A DNA stretch of 63,801 nucleotides, the filler included, from Aduncisulcus paluster (lineage: Eukaryota): the NCBI GenBank assembly GCA_024181965.1. It is 8 parts of 8 records of this genome, joined end to end, with 100 filler letters (N's around TTAATTAATTAA, not from the genome) between each part and the next. Parts side by side here need not be neighbours in the genome. Positions count along the whole stretch, not along the records: positions 44,968 to 52,902 come from BQXS01009732.1; positions 53,003 to 56,048 come from BQXS01009735.1; positions 56,149 to 63,801 come from BQXS01009736.1; 5 more parts are not named here. One strand, 5' to 3'. The notes below the pieces were generated by a model that saw only the letters and a program-made list of their open reading frames with translations, did not search any database and had not been told where the DNA came from. Position 1 is the stretch's first letter, and the number at the start of each line of letters is the position of its first letter. Shown here piece by piece: positions 45,665 to 56,594 of the stretch. The translations under genes were made by a program, and so were the position numbers.

Positions 45665-47144
45665 TCACTGACTCTGATCCCAACCTTCCCCATGCCCAAC
45701 GCCTACAAGACCACATCCTCCTTCAATGGTTCCAACATAATCACCATACTTCTTGCGTTGCTCACGGATAATGTCATCAATGCTTGGACAATCAAAATCT
45801 TCACCGATCTTGGGAAGGAGAGGTTTGATGGTTTGGACTTTGACACGAGCTTGGTGTACACTCATGCGTTTGTCAACATCAAGCATAGTAAGACCTGTGA
45901 ACACTTCATTTAACAATTTATGAACGTGTTCGTACTTACCACCATCAATGGTCAAAAGTGATTTAAAAAGGGGAGCTTGAACAATTCTTGGACATGAATT
46001 GCTTTTCAAAAGAATAATAAGCTCTTTAATGAACTCTGCAGGACTTCCAGCCCATTTCAAGGCAGGAATCTGAAGGAAAGGATCACAACACAAGAACAAT
46101 GCAAGTAAGGAGATTCCAAGAGAGTAAGCATCGCTGCTTTGACTCTGAAGACCTTGAAGAGCTTCATAGGAATTGTACACAAGGGTGCCACAGATGGAAC
46201 GTTTGGGCTTGTGGGCTTGAGTCGAGTGAGAAGAAGAGGAAGAAGAAGCAGAAGGAGCAACAAAACTCTTGGAAGACATTGAAGAGGAAATAGAATCCTG
46301 GATATGCACCAATCCTAGATCAGAAAGAACAACAGTACATTCTCCATCTTTAGGGTCAATACGAGCCAAGATCAGCGAGGACAACCGTACATTCTCCATT
46401 TTTTGGGTCAACACGAACAAGGAAGTTGTCAGGTTTCACGTCTCGATGCACAAGCTTTGGTTTAGCCGTGAACACATCATCAAGACACTCGATCATCCCA
46501 ACACATAATGAACACACTTTCACAGGGTTCAGTGTCATGGCGTCAAAGTCAGGCACAGCAGTGTCAACATCGGCACTCTCAACGGTGGGTCTTGAGCATG
46601 AGTCTAGATATAGATCTGAGTCAAAGTCTGCGTCTACGTCTGCGGGTTCACTATCATCAGCAGTATCAACAACACTCACATACTTGCCATCGGCACACCA
46701 ACGCTTGGCAAACGCACTCACACTGCCTCCAACACAAAACTCCATCAGGAAGCCATAAACACCTTTCATATCGGAATCAAGCAGGTCAAGGATATACAGA
46801 GGACGTGGGATACGGTTGAAACATTTGGGATGGTTAAACAACTTGAGATGCACTTTAAACTCTTTCCGACAATCGTTCACAACAGTTTTGTCCTCACTTC
46901 GAAGCATCTTCTTCAGAACACATGGGAAAGGAATGCCATCAACTTTCACAAGAAGAACCTCTCCGAACCCACCACTGCCAATGATGCACTGTGAAGTCAG
47001 CGTGGATACAGATGTCAGGGTTAGCGAGTCGTGCTTGGGGTTATATTTGGGCTTGCCATCCTTGGGGTTATGTTTCTTTTTATCCTTACGTTTCTTCTGT
47101 TTGGTGTCTTTTGGTGCCGAATCCTTATCATTTCCTTTCTTCAC
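45665..47144 (-). pseudogene. Ser/Thr protein kinase interrupted by a frameshifting 52-nt diverged duplication
   Basis: IGSGGFGEV, VLKK, HRDVKPDN, DLG (twice), GTLVYNSYE and SDAYSLG; duplicated segment 46312-46415. Confidence 0.75.
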
Positions 47145-47175
47145 ACAATATTAGCATTTTATACCATTTCTTGAA

Positions 47176-48232
47176 TTATTTCCATGGAAGAAGAGATACT
47201 CGTTCAGCTGCAATGGTTTCCTCGGGCATAGTAAACATAAGGGAGTAGATTTCGAAAATTCGACTATTCTCCTTCCACCATATTCCTTTCCCTTCAATCT
47301 CACACAAAACAACATTTTCTAAATCAATAGGAAGGAAGTGCCATTCATATTCATGTTTTGGTCTTGTGAATTCATACTTCTTGGATGTTTTCTTGCCATC
47401 AGAATCTGTGAAAGTGAAGAGAAGAGAGGGTGAACAATACTTGTCCACACAGATATAAGCACCTTTCATTGGACTAGGTGATGGGAAAGGGATGTAAAGA
47501 TGGGATAAGCTAATATCACTTTCCCCTTTTAACATTCTTTGTGCATCTGAACTCCGATCGTAATACTTAGATTCCTTACTATACGAATCATTCTTGCACT
47601 TAAGCATTAAGAATGAAGGATCTACAAGCTTTGGATCATCACGTGGAATGGGAATAGATTCTCTACCACCTCCCTTAACAAATTCTGATTCTACAACAGA
47701 AGCTTCAGCCCATAGTTTCTCTTTGGCTTCACGAGCTATAGTTTCTTCAGAGGTTTCTTTTCTTATGAAAACAAGAGAGAGGATCCCAAAACACTCTTCC
47801 TTCCTTCCTTTCCCTGTAATCTCACACAGAACAACATCAGGGAGATCAACAGGAAGGAAATACCAACCTCCATATTTAGAAAATTCATATTTCTTGGATA
47901 TTTGCTCTCCCTCTAAGGATGTGAAAGTGAAGATAAGATGTGACGGATCATCAGAATTTACACAAATGTAGGCACCTTTAATTGGAGAGGATGAAGGGAA
48001 AGGAATACTGATGTCGGTAAATTTTGCACTATGCCACTCCCCTTTCATCATTTTTTGGGCTGAATCACTTTGGTCGTACCAATAACTACCTTCTTCTTCG
48101 CTTGCATTTCTAGCTCTGATAGTCCATTTTGGACTCTTAATATTGGGGGAATCTCTAGGAATTGGACAGAAATGACAATCTCCCCTTCGAATAAACTGGA
48201 TTAACGATTTGAATAGCTGTGGATGAACTCAT
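47176..48232 (-). CDS. Lineage-specific protein with two tandem beta-rich repeats; frameshift near 48198
   Basis: Two copies of PIPRD..AQxMxKGE..IPFPSxSPxKGAYICV..FTFT..KKYEF..W.FLPxDL.xVVLCEI.GKG. The ATG at 48232 (MSSSTAIQIV) is out of frame with the body. Confidence 0.6.
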
Positions 48233-48830
48233 TGGTTAGGATATCTACGATCGATTTAGGGTTTTGTTGGCTTTGAAATATGGATAAAATCTGATAAAAA
48301 TAAATATAACGAATATATTAAAAGGATAAAAACATTCAAAAGAGAGCAGAAAGTTATGGTTAATAGAGACAAAGATCAACAATACATATATAGAGTTAAT
48401 TGAACATACAACAAGGAGTATTAGTTATATCTTGGATTAATTGAACAGAAATTATTCAGTTGAATATAGTTTTGTCACCAGCTAACACCTAAATGAGGCC
48501 AAAAAGGCCAAAATTTAAATGACCCACTTTTTTGAACCATTTCGCTGAAATTCATGCATAAAAAACACCTTCGAATGATTTATAACCAATATAAATTATA
48601 AAGACATATTTTTCAATGCAATCCATATGCATTTTCTGGGTTAGAATAAGAATTGCTCCTTGCGAACGCTTTGGGTTTATTCGCGACATTTCCTAGATTG
48701 ATTAAAGTTTATTGCTCTTTCATCAACTTCCTTCTTATCGGGAATGATCTCCGTTCCACATCATATTTATTAATTCGGATATTGACATCCAGAATAGATA
48801 TATTTATAAATGCATATATTTTATTGATAA

Positions 48831-51800
48831 TTAATGCCTAGAATTCCGTCCTCTCCTCTTCTTATCTCTTCCACTTCTTCTATCGTATCTCTGCTGTTGT
48901 CTCTTCTTTTCTCTCTGTGCAACAAGCTTTCCAGCAGTCGTGGTCTCCCTTGTGCTCACCATCTTACTGGCACGAACACGTTCCATCGCTTCGTCACCCA
49001 CACGTCTTTTCCCAGGACCACCTGAAGCTCCAGCCCCACGACCTTTGTAACGACCAAGACCCTGAGTGCCACTCTTCAACAGACCCATTCCAATTCCCTC
49101 TTCCTCTTTCTCTCCAACGGATTTGACTTCCATTTTTGTCTTCTTTTTCCACCGTTTATATGCTTCACCGATCTTCTTTTTCGCCTGTCCTTGTTCAACC
49201 CAGGCTCCACTTTCTGTCTGAATCTTGCGTTTATCCCTCCTCCTCTGTTCTTCTTCTCTTGCGTCCTGCATTTGTCCAATCGTTACATACGCTTTCTTCT
49301 TCGAATCCCAGACCTTTCGTTTCCTCTCTCTCCTTTCCTTCTCTTTCCGCATCGATGTGGATTCATCTCCACCAACGTCCATTACCATCGATGAAAGGGA
49401 AGCAAGAGAGGTCGAAGAAACGTTATTGAAGGTAGTGTCATCTGCACCCAAACCAAAACCAGACGCCAAAGAAGAAGAGGAGGAAGAATTGCCCCAAATG
49501 TCTTGTTGAACAACAACGCTTGAAGAAGAAGAGGAAGAAGGAGAAACATTTGACGATTGATGTTGCTTCTTGGATTTCTTCTTATTCCGTCCTTGCTTAG
49601 AGTCTTTCTTATCCGTTTGCATGGCTCTCAGTGAATCCAATGTGAGGGTACATTTCATTGTTTTCTTAAGGAAAGCTCCAGGTTTCAATAAAGTACAAAT
49701 CTCTTTCTCTTTCTCTTCTCTTTCCTCCTCTTCTCTCTCCTCTCTCTCATCAAGTTCAATTTCTTTTGTTAACTTTTCCAATTCTTTTTGTTCCTCAAAT
49801 TCCTTTTTCTTTTGTTCCGCAGCCAAATCGGCTTCAATAGCTTTTCTGAGTTGAATCTCTTCTTCATCTTCTTCAAATTCATCATAGTTACCAAGACTAT
49901 CTGTGCTCTTTTTCTGTTTTTCTCTTGTCTTCAGGATGAATAAATTGGCCTTTCGCATTTCACCCATCGCATTTACGACAATTTCACTCGTACCTTCTTT
50001 CCCCTTTTCCCTGGTTTTCTTCATGGAAACCTCTTTGTGTTCAAAAGCTGTCTGAGCAGGTCTAAAAGAGGACAACCTCTCAAGAAACTCAGATGAAGAG
50101 TGTTTAACATCAGGCTGACTGTACGAGGAAGACACTGTGAACAAAGAAGAGGAAGAGGAAGAGGAAGAGGAAGAGGAAGAAGACTTTGTTTCCTCACAAG
50201 CAAGCCTTTCACGGGCGATGGACCAGGCCTGATATATAGGGTGCGGATGAACCATGATATTCTCCCAAGACAATCCCTTAACCATTCGTATACCAGTCTC
50301 AGAAGCACTTCGACGAGTTCTAAGATACTCTTTCTGTCCACCTTCCATACTCCTCTTCTCAGGGAGGCAAGTGTCAGTGATGTGAGGCAAGAGAGTGTGT
50401 GAATGAGTATCTATCAAATGGAGAGGTATGCAGCCCAAGTGACCTGATAAAGAGATAGGGATTGGAGTGACAAGGAACAAATCAAGAGAAAATGAAGCTC
50501 TGTTCGTCGACTTATGAGCAGATTTAGACTGTAAAATGCCATCAGATGAAGATCTCACCTTACCCCACTTTTTCAGCTTCTTTTTCCCTCTCTTCATCTC
50601 TTCTTCTCGAAGTCTTCTAAACTCAGCCATTTCAGCATGTTCTCTTCGCCTCAACTCTTTTCTTCCCTTTTCAACCTCAATCCACTCACTGGTGCTTCTC
50701 TCAAGACCTTCAGGAGACGCAGATCTACGGAGAGATTGTACATCAATATGCATGTAAGAACACACATCACAAAGGTATCCACAATCTTCTTGACACACAA
50801 GAGACCAAGCATAACCAATTCTACCGGCTCTAGCCGTACGACCGACTCGGTGGACGAACAATTGAGGGGAATCTGGGAAATCATAGTTAATGACATGATT
50901 AATAAAAGGTAAATCAAGTCCCCTGGCTGCCAGATCAGTTGTGAATAAGATACGGATAAAATCAGCATCGGTTGAGGCAGAGTCATATCGTCTACAGCTC
51001 TTACTATTGCTATTTCTGTCACCACCTTTTCCTCTATGGTCTTTCGAATATCCGCCGCCACGTGAATGTGAGTCATGTCTATCATTTGAAAACACTCTAA
51101 GTCTTTCCATACGCAACGTTTGTGGCATGGATCCATACAGTGCGTCACATTTCTCCCCACAAGCTTCAAGAAGGGATTTTAAATATATAGCATGGTGCTT
51201 TGTGCTCACAAAGACAAGAATTTGTTCCCGAGGATCAATAATATCAGTCACAAGACTTAAAAGGGATGCTTCTTTGGTGGAAGATGAACTAGCAATGATA
51301 GCAGTTTGAAGCTCATCTGGTATTGTCAAATCGGTGTCAATCCGAATGATTTCAGGGTCTTTGAGATGCTTTCTAATGAGTTGAGCCACACCTGATGGCA
51401 TTGTAGCAGTTGTAAGCACAGTTTGACACATTGCCGGAATACGAGAACGAATATTTGCAATGTCCAGTTCGAAATTCATATCAAGAAGGCGATCGGCCTC
51501 ATCAAGGATTAATATTTGGCATGTTGACAAAGAAAACGATTCAACTTCTTGCACAAGATGCCATAAACGACCAGGGGTAGCAACAATAATGTCAGGATTC
51601 TCAGATATGGCAGCAAATTGATCTTCAAGGGATTCTCCTCCCACTAAAATACATGTACGGAGTCCAACTTCCTTACTAAATTTTCTAAAAACGAAACCAA
51701 CTTGGATAGCAAGCTCACGAACAGGAACAAGAATGATAGCTCTAGTTCCAACAACAGTGGAATGTTCTCTCAATATTTCAATTGTTGGCAGTGCATATGC

Positions 51801-51956
51801 CAATGTTTTCCCAGAACCTGTCTTTCCTAAGGCCACAGTATCCTTCTTTGTAATTATGGCTGGAATCGTACGTTCCTGAATTGTCGTGGGGCTTTTGAAA
51901 TTCTTTATAGCCCCCTGAAGGGTGATTTGGAGTGGTAACTTACTCCACGACACCAT
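48831..51956 (-). CDS. DBP10: DEAD-box RNA helicase Dbp10/DDX54
   Basis: PTTIQ, GKTGSGKT, PVRELA, ATPGRL, DEADRL, TDLAARGLDLP and HRVGRTARAGR, plus the DBP10CT-like WDSKKKAYV..KIQTESG..YKRWKKK. Confidence 0.85.
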   Translation of the reverse strand: MVSWSKLPLQITLQGAIKNFKSPTTIQERTIPAIITKKDTVALGKTGSGKTLAYALPTIEILREHSTVVGTRAIILVPVRELAIQVGFVFRKFSKEVGLRTCILVGGESLEDQFAAISENPDIIVATPGRLWHLVQEVESFSLSTCQILILDEADRLLDMNFELDIANIRSRIPAMCQTVLTTATMPSGVAQLIRKHLKDPEIIRIDTDLTIPDELQTAIIASSSSTKEASLLSLVTDIIDPREQILVFVSTKHHAIYLKSLLEACGEKCDALYGSMPQTLRMERLRVFSNDRHDSHSRGGGYSKDHRGKGGDRNSNSKSCRRYDSASTDADFIRILFTTDLAARGLDLPFINHVINYDFPDSPQLFVHRVGRTARAGRIGYAWSLVCQEDCGYLCDVCSYMHIDVQSLRRSASPEGLERSTSEWIEVEKGRKELRRREHAEMAEFRRLREEEMKRGKKKLKKWGKVRSSSDGILQSKSAHKSTNRASFSLDLFLVTPIPISLSGHLGCIPLHLIDTHSHTLLPHITDTCLPEKRSMEGGQKEYLRTRRSASETGIRMVKGLSWENIMVHPHPIYQAWSIARERLACEETKSSSSSSSSSSSSSLFTVSSSYSQPDVKHSSSEFLERLSSFRPAQTAFEHKEVSMKKTREKGKEGTSEIVVNAMGEMRKANLFILKTREKQKKSTDSLGNYDEFEEDEEEIQLRKAIEADLAAEQKKKEFEEQKELEKLTKEIELDEREEREEEEREEKEKEICTLLKPGAFLKKTMKCTLTLDSLRAMQTDKKDSKQGRNKKKSKKQHQSSNVSPSSSSSSSVVVQQDIWGNSSSSSSLASGFGLGADDTTFNNVSSTSLASLSSMVMDVGGDESTSMRKEKERRERKRKVWDSKKKAYVTIGQMQDAREEEQRRRDKRKIQTESGAWVEQGQAKKKIGEAYKRWKKKTKMEVKSVGEKEEEGIGMGLLKSGTQGLGRYKGRGAGASGGPGKRRVGDEAMERVRASKMVSTRETTTAGKLVAQREKKRQQQRYDRRSGRDKKRRGRNSRH

Positions 51957-52259
51957 TGCAGCAAAAAGCGACTGATTGATTCTCATCCAGAAAAAACAAG
52001 CTCTTACCTCAAAGTATAACAATAAAATATCATTAAATTTGCATATAATAATTGTTTTATACTGTATATTTTTTTATAACATTATGAAAACGACATTATC
52101 CCGAATGTCAATTTATCTCGTGACTCTTTCATTTCCAGTCGGTTTTAAACTTTAAAACATTTACAATTGTACAATGATATCGTGTCAATAATGGCCTCGC
52201 CCATACTTTGTTTCATCCTTCCGATTCTGACTTTCTTTCATTCCATTTTGGTTGCTACA

Positions 52260-52902
52260 ATGGGAGAAAAGAAACAAGAAAACAAAATTCTTTTATTAGG
52301 TAGCAAGAACTCTGGAAAAGTATGTTGATTGTTTGTGCTATTGTCTCTCCTTCCGATATTGGTTTCATTATTTTTTATTTTGTTTTGTTTCTTCCATGTC
52401 TCTGTTCTCCAAAGAGTACGCAAGGATTGGAATGGGCATACCAACGTCCTGTTAATCATAAAATGCTCAAGACAAGACTTATGGCTGAACTCACGATTCC
52501 TGAATCATTGAAATTCTCTCGTGGTCACACCCATCGTATCGTTGACTCCCTTCCTGAGAATCTTGACAGGAACCGTTTAGTCATCCCCCATGCGGCCGCC
52601 ATCATATACTTTGTGAACATCTGTGAATTGGAGCGAGAGATGGATGAATATGTGGATATGCTGTGGACCAAGCTGATTAAAGGAACTCCCATGATTTCCA
52701 CCCCGATTGTGCTTGCACTCACTCATCTGAAAGATCTTCCCATTGATGACGATGCTCGTTTCAAGACGTATATTGAGAACGCTGAGAAGTTCATTCGCTG
52801 TGTTGTGTTGACTCGCACGAACACCAACGTTGTCCACATCCTGCCCACACTCGAGTATGCCGACCGTCAGGCCTGTGGAGGAATGTACAAGTCAGTTCCT
52901 AT
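52260..52902 (+). CDS. Divergent small P-loop GTPase-like protein, 2 exons (52260-52319, 52415->52902), 3' partial
   Basis: Removing intron 52320-52414 (GTATGT...AAG) yields KILLLGSKNSGKST. Later AAAIIYFVN and TPIVLALTH resemble small-GTPase strands. Confidence 0.6.
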
Positions 52903-53002
52903 NNNNNNNNNNNNNNNNNNNNNNNNNNNNNNNNNNNNNNNNNNNNTTAATTAATTAANNNNNNNNNNNNNNNNNNNNNNNNNNNNNNNNNNNNNNNNNN
53001 NN

Positions 53003-56000
53003 CCTGGCGATTCTTTGACTTCTCTGAATATCAGTGGCAACTCCATCTGTGACATTAATTCCGTCGTGATGTCATTCCAATCGTATTTCACAAATCTAAC
53101 CACCCTCACTGCATCTAACCAATCCACTTGCCCATGTTCCGAGTCTGGGACTGATGTGTCCTTTTTTGCTCACAAGACGTGTCGCCAACGCTCTGATGGC
53201 GATTACCAAGTTGAGTGCTGGCATGGGTATTACTTAGATAAAAACACGAATACATGTATAAAAGCATGTACCAGTGGTTATTCGGTTAACCCATCCGATA
53301 TCACTGGCGAGACATGTGCAGAGGATCTTGTTGTTGAAGATGACAATGTTATCCGTTGTCAAGTGTGTGAGAGGAAAGAAGATGTCGTCGCCATTTATGA
53401 TTCCGTCAGTTCGTCTGTCCTGTGTGCTTCTCCCTGTCTATCTGGATGGTATGGAGAAGACTGCTCGAGTGAGTGTCCAATTGTTGGAGGTGAAGTATGT
53501 TCTGGTCATGGAAGTTGTAACACCACCGATCATGCATGTGAGTGTGACACCTGGTATGATGATGCTTCATGCTCAACTCTTGTTCCTGTGTATTTCCCTG
53601 AATGTGATCGTACATTCACCATTGATGATCATTTGGAGTGCAATGAGGTATATCCTGGTCGTTATGCAGCCGAGTGTGAGGATGGGTATTATTATGACCA
53701 AGGAGAGTATTCATGCGTTGAAGATACCGATGGTGAATGTCCCAGTGATATGAATGATCATCAAATGTGTGTCAAAACGTCAGGAGATATTATTACATCC
53801 GATTGTCGATCTGCCTGGTATGGTGACGATTGTGATCAATTATATCAAATACATATTCCAGATCCATTGTTCAGGGGTAAAGTATGTGATGATATAGATA
53901 ATAGTGATCCACTTTGTGATGTGTCAGAGTTTGAAATGGCCGGTATAATTGGGTTTTTTAATTCATATTATTCAAATATTACGTCCTTTGAAGGTGCTCA
54001 GTATTTGATAAACATTTATAGTTTCTATGGACGAGATACAGATGTAACATCAGTTTATCCTATTTCTTTCCTTGAACAACTATCACTCTTAGCTTTTTTT
54101 CAGAAGTCAACTACCTATAATGGCAATATTTATGATCTCAATTCCTTGTTCACATTGAATAGATTGTATGAATTGTGTATTTATGGGAATGAACAAATCT
54201 ATGATATATCTGTCTCATTTAGGAATGTTGGATTGTCCGGGATGCATATTGCGTATACAGATTATTCTGCATTCATATCTCTCTGTAGATCAGAAGATGA
54301 TACCAATTATTGGACATTTATAACGACTGTCTTTCCAATTCATAACTCTGCCTCATACTATAAGGATAAATTCTATATTCCAAATAGTTGTGCTTTGAAC
54401 AATGAGGATGATTATGTATGTGACTCAGAAACATATCCAACGCAATGCCCTTCAATAGTTCTGAATGAGGTGTACAACAGTATGGATGGTGTGAATGAGA
54501 AACAATGTGCATTCATTGCGAAGGAAGGTGACAATGGTGAGTGTTACACTGTTCATGATGATTCAATTCGACAATATCTGAAGGATCAGTGTCTTTCCAC
54601 TAGTGATGTTGAATCAAATGGTGTCATCAGTGTTGCCACGATGAGGAGTGTTTTGACATGTACTTCATTGTCGATTCCTTCCATTGCCACAGATAGGGGG
54701 ATATCCCTGAATTCCATCACGACCCTGCAAGGTCTTGAGTATGCCACTTCATTGACCTCTCTGACCCTTGATGGGTATGACTTGAGTGGAGATATTAATT
54801 CCAACGCTGAGTATGATAAGTTGGTTGTTCAGATCTTGGCAAAGGCTGTGACGTCTGGAACCATTGATTCTGGTCTGAGGATACTATCTGCGAGTGGATG
54901 TGGATTGAGTGCTATCAGTGATGTGCTTGACTTGACTCCAATTGCTAATGGAGACTCAACCACAGACCAATTCAAATTGACATCCCTAGATCTCTCAAAC
55001 AACTCCATCTCTGATGTATCTGTTCTCATCACATCTTCCATGTTCCCTGATGATACTGATGCTGTTCTTACAACTCTTGACATCAGTGATAATAATATCT
55101 GCGACATTGAAGGAATTGTGAGTCAATTGCAAACCGAATTCCCAACCTTATCAACCTTGACATATTCTGACCAAACATGCCATTGTTCTGCATCCGTGTC
55201 TTCTTCTGACCACCAAGTGTGTCGTGAAGTATATCCCGATCAATGGGCTGTTGAGTGTTGGAATGGGTATTATCTTGACAAAGCCAGTGGAGAGTGCCTT
55301 GAGGTATGTACGAGTGGGTCTGAGCTTGATACTTCCATTGGAACCCCGCCATATTCATGTACAACAGCTACTTCAGACGTTAATGATTCCATTCGTCTCC
55401 AAGTATGTGAAAGACATTCCAATATGATGCCTGTTCTTGAGGAAGGAGCTTCATCCATCACATGTGGATGTCGATCTGGTTTCCATGGAGATTCCTGTGA
55501 ATATGTTGACATTCCCGATTCCAACCTTCGAAGTGCTGTATGTCTGGCTGTTGTTAATCCAAGTGCTCACGATTCCTCCTGTGATGTTCTGACTCTTTCA
55601 GACATGGCAACCGTGACCTCTGTGAGTGCTTCCATTGTGGACTCCTTTGAAGGTCTTCAATCTGCTGTGAACCTCACGTCTTTGTCTATCTCTGGCACTT
55701 CGTCTAGTTCTGTGTCCATTGGGAATACTGATCTTGGATACCTTCCTTTGTCCCTCGTTGAGTTGTCTCTTGAGGCTGTCTATCTTGATGCTGATAGTGA
55801 CTTCTCTATCTTCCCCAATCTTACAACACTCTCCTTGAAGAACAATTCTTCGTATGATTTGACAAATTCTGCCCTATTCCCATCCTCATCTTCATCATCT
55901 TCTTCATCTTTCACATCTCTTGATGTTAGTTACACTGCATTGTCCTCTTTCTCTTCCATTCCAACATCAATCACGACCTTGACTGCAAACAACTGTTCCT

Positions 56001-56048
56001 CACTGACGAGTTTCTCAACCATCTCCAACCTCACGAATCTTGTGTCTC
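53003..56048 (+). CDS. LRR + EGF/Cys-rich surface protein, both ends partial
   Basis: LRRs (LTSLDLSNNSISDVSVL, LEYATSLTSLTL), internalin-like caps (IPDPLFR, IPDSNLR) and EGF-like CSGHGSC..CECD..W and CLSGWYGEDC modules. Confidence 0.85.
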
Positions 56049-56148
56049 NNNNNNNNNNNNNNNNNNNNNNNNNNNNNNNNNNNNNNNNNNNNTTAATTAA
56101 TTAANNNNNNNNNNNNNNNNNNNNNNNNNNNNNNNNNNNNNNNNNNNN

Positions 56149-56271
56149 GTCGTAAAGCCAAAAAAGGGAGAAGAAAAGGTGGAGAAAAAGCCTGAAAAGC
56201 TTATGGATGAGAAACTAGAAACTTCTGAATCGACTCAGAAGGATGAGAAAAAACAAGATTCTACGATGTAA
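56149..56271 (+). CDS. 3' end of a Lys/Glu-rich protein
   Basis: Open frame VVKPKKGEEKVEKK...QDSTM* from the contig edge. Confidence 0.45.
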   Translation, partial: VVKPKKGEEKVEKKPEKLMDEKLETSESTQKDEKKQDSTM

Positions 56272-56594
56272 TCTATTCCAAAACTTGTAATTTGAATGTT
56301 AAAGGATTAAATAAAAATTAATTGATTATTGTCTGACTCAGCTTCGGAAGCTCTTTTGCTAATTCTCCTCATTTGTCAATATATAGAATCATTATGGTTT
56401 AGATATGCCCTATTTCTTTAATGATTCAAGATTTTTTTAAAAATATTTGAGTTTTATTTTGAATATTGCAAATGATTATGGAGATTTGGAAAAATCATTT
56501 CAAACTTGTCATTCTCTTCACCTATATTCAGCATTGGTATCTCGTCTTTTGACTGTGAAAATTTTTGGGTTAGTTACCATATATTTGGCAAGAA

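Noticed and set aside
2379-48833. Alternative genetic code (TAA/TAG = Gln)
   Set aside because: Conserved genes end at TAG/TAA where expected (e.g. 2381, 19771, 48831) and long ORFs lack internal TAR codons.
7426-56148. Recurring TTAATTAATTAA motif within N runs
   Set aside because: Artificial six-frame-stop contig linker; adjacency across it has no biological meaning.
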